Virus record (IMG/VR): IMGVR_UViG_3300013285_000001
Span: 1 to 60,743 of that record
Direction: 5' to 3' (one strand)
Length of the DNA: 60,743 nucleotides
Source: a virus
Lineage: Duplodnaviria; Caudoviricetes
Shown: positions 54,550 to 60,743 of the stretch, in pieces
Layout of the letters: each line of letters opens with the position of its first letter
How positions within the stretch are numbered: position 1 is the first letter of the stretch
The notes under the pieces: generated by a model
What the model was told of the DNA's origin: nothing
Database searches by the model: none
Seen by the model: the letters and a program-made list of their open reading frames with translations, nothing else
Position numbers and translations under genes: made by a program

Positions 54550-54938
54550 TCGACATCAAAGACCCCGTCACGGCCAGCATCGGGCTAGTGGAAAACGTCG
54601 TCAACAAGATCTGGCCGGACAAGTCCGAGCAAGAGAGGATGCAGATGGCCGGTGCGCTGGCGCTGCTGCAGGGCCAGATGGAGATCAACAAGGCCGAAGC
54701 GTCGAGCAGTTCAGCCTTTACGTCCGGCTGGCGTCCGGCGATCGGCTGGGTGTGCGGTGCTGCGCTCGCGTACACGTATCTCGCCTATCCGCTGCTGGTC
54801 TGGGCCACGGTCGTGTGGTGGCCGGGCATCAAGCCGCCCGTGCTCGGCAACGACGAAATGCTCTATCAGTTGTTGCTGGGGATGCTCGGGATGTCGGGGC
54901 TTCGAAGTTTCGACAAGAGCCGAGGCACCGCGTCGTGA
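54540..54938 (+). CDS. Holin (3TM/GTA-type family)
   Basis: QMEINKAEA...FTSGWRPAIGWVC...GMLGMSGLRSFDK. Confidence 0.85.
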   Translation: MALIDIKDPVTASIGLVENVVNKIWPDKSEQERMQMAGALALLQGQMEINKAEASSSSAFTSGWRPAIGWVCGAALAYTYLAYPLLVWATVVWWPGIKPPVLGNDEMLYQLLLGMLGMSGLRSFDKSRGTAS

Positions 54939-55123
54939 TTCGGTGGCTGGCTACGGTGCTTGTCCTCGCGGGGTGCTCCGTCGTCCCGAAGGACAAGCCC
55001 GACTGCGCGGTCGCCCGCAGGGTGCAGCCAGCCAAGCCGCTCGATGACGCTGTGGAGATGGACTGCCGCAAGATCGGGCAGTTCTTGGTATGCAACCCGC
55101 CGGTGCGACGAGCTTCGTTGTGA
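54935..55123 (+). CDS. Small lipoprotein (spanin candidate)
   Basis: GTGA-coupled start; lipobox LAGC after a hydrophobic signal. Confidence 0.65.
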   Translation: MIRWLATVLVLAGCSVVPKDKPDCAVARRVQPAKPLDDAVEMDCRKIGQFLVCNPPVRRASL

Positions 55124-55126
55124 CCA

Positions 55127-55639
55127 ATGGACTGCCATCACGACGGGGTAGTCAAAAGCGTAGCTAGGGAGATGGGGCGCATGTTGCCGAAGGCTCACTT
55201 CGACGACTTGTTCCAAGAAGGGCGCATCGCCGTGTGGTTGCGCAGGGATGCGCTGACGGAACTCGACGCGGATCACGCCCGCCGCTCAGCTGCACAAACC
55301 GCCCGCTGGGCCATGGTCGATTTCGCCCGCCGAATGTGGCCCGGGCGTGGCAAGCATAAACAAATCATTGGCGGATCAACCGACGACTGGGACGATGGTG
55401 AATATGACCGGCCTGGGCCGGATGACACCTTCGGGTATGCCAGGGCAGCCGAGATGGCTGAGTATTTACCTGAGCGTATTCGTGCGTCGGCTCCGAGAAG
55501 CAGACGGTTCGAGGTATTCGAGCTGGTCGTGCAGGGGTTTACAGGACTAGAAATATCCGAAAGGCTCGGGTTATCCGATAGCGGCGTCAGTCTTCACCGC
55601 ACAGCGATTGCTGCGATTGCAAAGGAGTTTGCCGATTAA
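55127..55639 (+). CDS. Sigma-70 family sigma-factor-like protein
   Basis: Region 2 FDDLFQEGRIAVW...AMVDFARR; region 4 GFTGLEISERLGLSDSGVS. Confidence 0.75.
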   Translation: MDCHHDGVVKSVAREMGRMLPKAHFDDLFQEGRIAVWLRRDALTELDADHARRSAAQTARWAMVDFARRMWPGRGKHKQIIGGSTDDWDDGEYDRPGPDDTFGYARAAEMAEYLPERIRASAPRSRRFEVFELVVQGFTGLEISERLGLSDSGVSLHRTAIAAIAKEFAD

Positions 55640-55783
55640 GTTGTAATCGACGCTCGAAGATACATTACACTATGCGCATTCGATAGGCAGGTCTCGACAG
55701 CACCTCCACTCCCTCGCGCATCGAAGCGACATTCGATAAAGAAATCGTATGTCGTTCTTCGATCACGCATGGAGGTGCCTCAA

Positions 55784-56929
55784 ATGGCCGTCACAAATTT
55801 TAGCTTGCTCACGTCTGAGCAAAAGACCGTCTGGTCCATGGACTTGTGGAAACAAGCCCGCAATATGTCGTTCGTCAACAAGTTCCTGGGCAAAGGCCCA
55901 AACTCGTTGGTTCAGCATATTACAGAGCTGAAGAAGTCCGAAAAGGGCGCTCGCGCCGTTATTACCTTGCTCGCCGATTTGACTGGCGACGGTGTTGCAG
56001 GCGACCGCACGCTGGAAGGTAATGAAGAATCGATGCAGACCTTTGACCAGGTCATCCGCATCGACCAGCTTCGCCACGCCAATCGCCACGAGGGCCGCAT
56101 GGCCGACCAGAAGTCGGTTGTGGAATTCCGTGGCAACAGCCGCGACGTTCTCGCCTACTGGCTTGCTGACCGTATCGACCAGATGGCGTTCCAGACGCTG
56201 GGTGGTCGCGGCTTCCAGTACAAGCCAAACGGCTCGACCCGCGTTGGTTCGGACCTCCAGTACCTGGAATTCGGCGCTGACGTGACCGCTCCGTCGACCA
56301 AGCGCATGCTGCGCTGGGACAACGTGAACAAGGCACTGAAGGATTCGGCCTCCGGCTCGAACACTTCGGCTGCAATCGTCAACACCGGCGCTGCTGCTGG
56401 TTCGGACTTTCCTGCGTGGCAGACCTTTGTGCAGCTGAAGGCTTACGCCAAGGACCGCTACATCCGTGGCGTGACTGGCGAAGGCGGCGAAGAGACGTAT
56501 CACGCGTTCCTGACCCCGCAGGCCATGGCCAAGTTGAAGGCGGACAACGACTACAACTTGAACCTGCGCCACTCGCTGCAGACCGACAAGAACGACAAGT
56601 TGTTCTCCGGTTCGAGCGTGAAGATCGACGGCATCTACCTGCACGAGTTCCGTCACGTCCCGAACGTGTCCGGCGGCATCTCGGGCACCAACATGTACGG
56701 CTCTGGCCTGAACCTGCCCGGTTCGCAGATCTTGTTCTGTGGCGCTCAAGCACTTGGCATGGCTGACATCGGAGCACCTGAGTGGAACGAGAAGGGCTTC
56801 GACTACGACAACAGCCAAGGCATCTCGGTCGGCAAGATCATGGGCTTCCTGAAGCCTAAGTTCGGCACGATCTACGAAAGCAACACCGTCGAAGACTTCG
56901 GCGTGCTGTCTTGCTACGTCGCGCAGTAA
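55784..56929 (+). CDS. Major capsid protein (DUF4043/N4-gp56-like)
   Basis: SD GGAGGT; GDGVAGDRTLEGNEE, IDQLRHA, LFCGAQAL, DFGVL. Confidence 0.9.
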   Translation: MAVTNFSLLTSEQKTVWSMDLWKQARNMSFVNKFLGKGPNSLVQHITELKKSEKGARAVITLLADLTGDGVAGDRTLEGNEESMQTFDQVIRIDQLRHANRHEGRMADQKSVVEFRGNSRDVLAYWLADRIDQMAFQTLGGRGFQYKPNGSTRVGSDLQYLEFGADVTAPSTKRMLRWDNVNKALKDSASGSNTSAAIVNTGAAAGSDFPAWQTFVQLKAYAKDRYIRGVTGEGGEETYHAFLTPQAMAKLKADNDYNLNLRHSLQTDKNDKLFSGSSVKIDGIYLHEFRHVPNVSGGISGTNMYGSGLNLPGSQILFCGAQALGMADIGAPEWNEKGFDYDNSQGISVGKIMGFLKPKFGTIYESNTVEDFGVLSCYVAQ

Positions 56930-56954
56930 TTAACGCCAACAGGAGATAAATACC

Positions 56955-57392
56955 ATGGCAGCTCTTAAAGCAGCGCGTACAGCGCAAAACGTGATGGAGG
57001 CGGAGTTCGTCTTCTCCATCGGCGACACGATGACCAACACGTCGGCCGCTGCGGACGCTTTCGCGACCGTCGCAGCCCACGTGTTCGACGTGATCAACCT
57101 GCCTGTCGGCGCGATCATCGTCGGCGGTTCGATTACGACCGACACCGCGTTCACGGGCTCCTCCGCCTACAACGTAACGGTTGGGGACTCTGGTAGCGCA
57201 TCGCGCTATCTGGGCTCTACGGACAAGACAAGCGCTGCCACCACGGCGCTGGTCCCAACGGGCTACATCGGCGTGGGCGAAAACATCCGCCTGACCGTGA
57301 CCCCGACTGTCGCTGCAGCAACCGCCGGCAAGGTCACCTTGCGCGTGTTGTACGTGGTTCAGTTCCGCGCCAACGAGGTTGTCCCAGCCTAA
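56955..57392 (+). CDS. Capsid decoration/cement protein
   Basis: SD AGGAG; LPVGAII..G...TAF; follows MCP and precedes a terminator. Confidence 0.7.
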   Translation: MAALKAARTAQNVMEAEFVFSIGDTMTNTSAAADAFATVAAHVFDVINLPVGAIIVGGSITTDTAFTGSSAYNVTVGDSGSASRYLGSTDKTSAATTALVPTGYIGVGENIRLTVTPTVAAATAGKVTLRVLYVVQFRANEVVPA

Positions 57393-57405
57393 AAGCTGAG
57401 ATGAG

Positions 57406-57436
57406 AAGGACGGGGTTTCGGCCCCGTCCTTTTTTT
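57406..57436 (+). terminator. Intrinsic terminator after the capsid genes
   Basis: AAGGACGGGG stem, TTTCGG loop, followed by T7. Confidence 0.9.
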
Positions 57437-57455
57437 GTATCCAACAAAGGACGCT

Positions 57456-57827
57456 ATGAAATTCGCACTGTCTAGAAACCGCACCATCTCTTCAACTTGC
57501 GGGTTGTCGATCGAATTCAAAAAGGGCGAGCTCACCTTGGTGCCGCCCGCCATGTATGCCGAGGTCATCGCCGCAGGCGGCGTCCCCGAGACCGAGCTGG
57601 AGGAAGACGATCTGCCAACGTCCGGGCCTACGCCGGAAGAGCTGGCCGAGCGCGAGGCCGAGATGTTCGCGGCCTTCGAGGCGATCGTGCTGCGCGGTAG
57701 CCGCGACGATTTCACAGCCGGCGGGATGCCGCACAACTCGGTGCTGGCCCGCGAGCTTGGTTGGTCCACCCAGGCCAAAGAGCGCGACGCTGCATGGGTG
57801 AAGTTCCAGGCTGGCCGGGACGAGTAA
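57456..57827 (+). CDS. Conserved head-associated hypothetical protein
   Basis: SD AAGGA; DDFTAGGMP...ERDAAW. Confidence 0.7.
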   Translation: MKFALSRNRTISSTCGLSIEFKKGELTLVPPAMYAEVIAAGGVPETELEEDDLPTSGPTPEELAEREAEMFAAFEAIVLRGSRDDFTAGGMPHNSVLARELGWSTQAKERDAAWVKFQAGRDE

Positions 57828-58484
57828 ATGAATACGGACGACCTTGTCGCTCGGTTTCGCTCAGAGATGAGCGACGAGGCGTCTCCGTATTTGTGGAGCG
57901 ACTCGCTGGTGTACCAGTACATCGACGACGCCCACAAGAACTTCTGCCGTTTCACCAACGGCATCGCCGACGCCCGTACAGCACTGGTCACTCAGATTGC
58001 TGTCGTGCCGGCCACTGAGTGGTACGACTTGCACAAGTCGATCCTGAAGATCCGCACAGCGACGCGCCAAGACACGGGCGTAGAGGTTGAGATGATCAAC
58101 CCCGAGCGCATTGCCGCTGAAGGCATCAGGTTTGATGGCAGGACCGGCCCGCTGCGGGTGATGGTCCAAGGGCTCGAAGCCCACACCGTTCGTGCGTGGC
58201 CGGTTCCAGCCGAGACAGTCATCGTGAACCTGACCGTCTTCCGGCTCCCGCTGTTGGACATCACCGACGACGGCGACCAAGAGTTTGAGATCGACGGCCA
58301 GCACCACGCGCACTTGTTGTTGTGGGTAAAGCACTTGGCCTATGACAAACAAGATGCGGAAACATTCGACCGGCGCAAGTCGGACGAGTTTGCGCAGCGC
58401 TTCCAGGCGTACTGCGCCGACGTAAAGAAAGAGCAGGACCGCGCGCGACGCGTGGGAATGCCGGTCGCGTACGGCGGCATCTGA
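57828..58484 (+). CDS. Head-tail adaptor protein
   Basis: FRSEMSD...PYLWSD...; HHAHLLLW...AYDKQDAETFD. Confidence 0.75.
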   Translation: MNTDDLVARFRSEMSDEASPYLWSDSLVYQYIDDAHKNFCRFTNGIADARTALVTQIAVVPATEWYDLHKSILKIRTATRQDTGVEVEMINPERIAAEGIRFDGRTGPLRVMVQGLEAHTVRAWPVPAETVIVNLTVFRLPLLDITDDGDQEFEIDGQHHAHLLLWVKHLAYDKQDAETFDRRKSDEFAQRFQAYCADVKKEQDRARRVGMPVAYGGI

Positions 58485-58508
58485 CTAATACATCTTTAGG
58501 AGCCACCC

Positions 58509-58979
58509 ATGGCCGCAATGTCTGACTTTCTCGAGAACAAAATCATCGACTGGCTGTTCCGGGCTCAGGCGATCGGCATCACTGGCGCTACCGCTGCGGC
58601 AGGCACCGGGCCGGCGAACTTGTATGTTGGCCTGTACACCACCACACCAACGGATGTGGGGGGCGGCACTGAGGTCACGGGCGGCTCGTACGCCCGAGTG
58701 ACGATCGCCAGCGCACTTACCGCATGGGCCGGCTCGCAGGCTGCAGCTTCCACTGTCGCCTCGACTGGCACTGGCGGGACCACCTCAAACAATGCCGCCA
58801 TCACGTTCCCAACACCAACGGCGAACTGGGGCGTGATCAACGGCTTCGCGATCCTTGATGCGTCCACCGGCGGCAACGTGCTGATCTACGGCGCGCTCAC
58901 CGTGGCCAAGACGGTGAACAACGGGGACGCGGCTCCGTCGTTTATTCCGGCAGCTATGTCCATCCAACTCGATAACTGA
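58509..58979 (+). CDS. Tail/fibre-associated structural protein
   Basis: SD AGGAG; MSDFLENKIID...LYVGLYT..P...GTEVTGGSYARV. Confidence 0.75.
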   Translation: MAAMSDFLENKIIDWLFRAQAIGITGATAAAGTGPANLYVGLYTTTPTDVGGGTEVTGGSYARVTIASALTAWAGSQAAASTVASTGTGGTTSNNAAITFPTPTANWGVINGFAILDASTGGNVLIYGALTVAKTVNNGDAAPSFIPAAMSIQLDN

Positions 58980-58989
58980 TCGAGCTCTC

Positions 58990-59070
58990 ATGAGCTTCAT
59001 CGCCGACCGGGTTGCGCAGACGGCTTCCGGCGGCTCAGCCGCGAAGGTCCGCTTGGAAGTAATGGCGTAG
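58990..59070 (+). pseudogene. Tail-fibre remnant 1 (26 aa)
   Basis: MSFIADRVAQT resembles MSIYADRVKDR of 59218. Confidence 0.55.
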
Positions 59071-59083
59071 GTCTGGAGAAATA

Positions 59084-59221
59084 ATGGCAGCTGCTGTAGG
59101 TCTAAAGGATAGAGTACAAGACACCAGTTCTACTATAGGAACTGGTCCGATTGCTCTCGATGGGACACCCCCACTGGGGTATAAAACCTTCGCAAGTGCG
59201 TTTGGCAGTAGCACGCAATGA
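59084..59221 (+). pseudogene. Tail-fibre remnant 2 (45 aa)
   Basis: LKDRVQDTSSTIGTGPIALDGTPPLGYKTFASAF aligns with the 59218 N-terminus; SD GGAGA. Confidence 0.7.
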
Positions 59222-60477
59222 GCATCTACGCCGACCGAGTCAAAGACAGAGCCACCATCACCGGCACGGGTGCGATTACGCTATCGGGTGCTGCACCTAC
59301 GGGATACCGGACCTTCCAGACGGCGTTTGTCACTGCGCAGACGGTGGCCTATTGCATCGCAGACCAGTCCGGCACGGACTGGGAAGTCGGAACGGGGGTT
59401 TTCAATGGAACTACCGGCCTGACGCGGGTCACGGTGCTGGGTTCGAGCAACGCTGGTTCGCTGGTGAGTTTCACGGGCGGCTCGCAGGATGTGTTTTGTA
59501 CCGCGCCTGCAAAATATCTTGACGCTTTCACATCTACGAATCAGGGAACCGTGCCAGCGTCTGGCGGCGGCACAGTCAACTTCCTGCGGGCTGATGGCAC
59601 GTTTGCCGCTCCCCCTACAACTGCTCCCGCAGGTTCCGACACCCAGATTCAATACAACAACGCTGGTACGTTTGGGGCAAATGCCAACTTCTTCTACACC
59701 AGCGGGACAAATACCCTTACTTTAGGGGCTATTACTAGCCCGTCCGGAGGATTGACTGTCACCCCGTTTGCTCCAGCGGCAGGGACTGCTCCAGCAACAC
59801 TAAATATCACTGGTGCAGCATCGCAAGACGCAAACAATGGCGGCGCAGTAAACATTAACGGTGGAACTGCACTTGCCCCATCCACGGCAATTGGGGGGTC
59901 ATTATTTTTGGTAGGTGGCGCAGCAACATCTGCATCAGGAGGTAGCGCTGTTATTAGAAGCGGTACAGGAACAACTGGCGGTGTGTTTCAATTTATAAGT
60001 GGGGCAGGTTCTTCTGGAAGTAGTGGCGGTTTTACTATTGGCAGCGGTATCGGAATTGGAAGCGGAAATTTTAGTTTTGGCACCGGTAACGGTTTGACAG
60101 GCAATTCTGGAAATCAAAGTTTTTCTACTGGTTCATCTTCTTTGGCGTCGGGAACCACAGGTTCGTTTAACTTTACAACAGGCGCCCAATCCAACGGTGG
60201 AACATCCGGCTCATTTAACGTCAACCTCGGCACTTCGTCCACCGGCACAGGCGGCAGCATCATCTTGCGCCCCGGCAACGGCGCAACAAAGGGTAGCACT
60301 CGCCTTCGCTCCAGCCTTGCTACTGACGTGATCCAAATCACAGACAACGGCACCAATCAGATAGGATTCTTTGGTGCAACTCCCGTTGTCAAGCAAACTA
60401 CTGGCGGTACACCTACGGGCGCATATACGCTCAACGATGTAATCGCTGCCCTTCAAGCCTACGGATTACTAGTGTAA
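59218..60477 (+). CDS. Tail fibre protein
   Basis: DRVK..ATITGTG...DWEVGTG anchor; PAGSDTQIQYNNAGTFG; Gly/Ser/Thr repeats; lower-GC distal half. Confidence 0.8.
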   Translation: MSIYADRVKDRATITGTGAITLSGAAPTGYRTFQTAFVTAQTVAYCIADQSGTDWEVGTGVFNGTTGLTRVTVLGSSNAGSLVSFTGGSQDVFCTAPAKYLDAFTSTNQGTVPASGGGTVNFLRADGTFAAPPTTAPAGSDTQIQYNNAGTFGANANFFYTSGTNTLTLGAITSPSGGLTVTPFAPAAGTAPATLNITGAASQDANNGGAVNINGGTALAPSTAIGGSLFLVGGAATSASGGSAVIRSGTGTTGGVFQFISGAGSSGSSGGFTIGSGIGIGSGNFSFGTGNGLTGNSGNQSFSTGSSSLASGTTGSFNFTTGAQSNGGTSGSFNVNLGTSSTGTGGSIILRPGNGATKGSTRLRSSLATDVIQITDNGTNQIGFFGATPVVKQTTGGTPTGAYTLNDVIAALQAYGLLV

Positions 60478-60479
60478 AT

Positions 60480-60743
60480 ATGCCTATTACCGCAAACTTA
60501 ATCCTCGAAACCGGCCTTGTTGTTACATACCATCGTGTGATTTCTGTTGTCACGATGATGAATTTGGGCGCAGAGATGCTAATTGCATCCGTCCAATCAT
60601 GGGTTGACAAGGCCCGTGCAGATAATGGAGAAACTGCACACTTTAGCAGTTATCAAGTGGCACTAACGCCACAAACTGGCCTTGTGGCAAAGGCTGAACT
60701 TGCGCTGGTGTCGGACTCAACCTGCCCATTGTTTGGCGGCACC
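60480..60743 (+). CDS. 5' part of the fibre-assembly-like gene, continuing to 501
   Basis: MPITANLILETG...YHRV; in frame through the terminal repeat. Confidence 0.65.
   Translation, partial: MPITANLILETGLVVTYHRVISVVTMMNLGAEMLIASVQSWVDKARADNGETAHFSSYQVALTPQTGLVAKAELALVSDSTCPLFGGT
60621..60743. repeat. Terminal direct repeat copy 2
   Basis: Identical to 1-123. Confidence 0.97.

Noticed and set aside
60621-60743. Biological terminal repeat
   Set aside because: It falls mid-gene with the frame continuing across the join; most likely an assembly overlap of a circular or permuted genome

Overview
This is an apparently complete, circular temperate dsDNA phage genome. Bases 1-123 are repeated exactly at 60621-60743, giving a unit length of about 60,620 bp. 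The host is probably a Beta- or Gammaproteobacterium, judging from the tRNA-Val attP. The + strand arm (47867 through the join to about 20989) carries terS, terL, a ferritin-like gene, portal, scaffold, a lysis cassette plus a sigma-70-like factor, a DUF4043-type major capsid protein, tail and fibre genes, large internal-virion proteins (suggesting a podovirus-like virion) and a metallophosphoesterase. The - strand arm (about 47600 to 20976) carries small early genes, primase-helicase, a MoxR-like AAA ATPase with a VWA partner, a Rap1a-like protein, a PD-(D/E)XK nuclease, an SNF2 helicase, an intein-containing DNA polymerase A, a DEDD exonuclease, xis, int and attP. The most striking observations are: (1) a 187-aa intein in PolA motif B that hides a second ORF in an alternative frame, with its own Shine-Dalgarno, resembling an internally deleted HNH homing endonuclease; (2) a genome-wide operator-like motif of three TCGA/TCTA/TAGA boxes at 7-bp spacing, in a phage with no recognisable CI; (3) a (GGGTTA)7 telomere-type repeat and other G-quadruplex-capable tracts, all on the template strand of early genes; (4) complex candidate structured RNAs and repeated hairpin modules in the early region; (5) three stacked tail-fibre N-termini recording successive fibre swaps. 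All family assignments are by-eye motif recognition, not database results.
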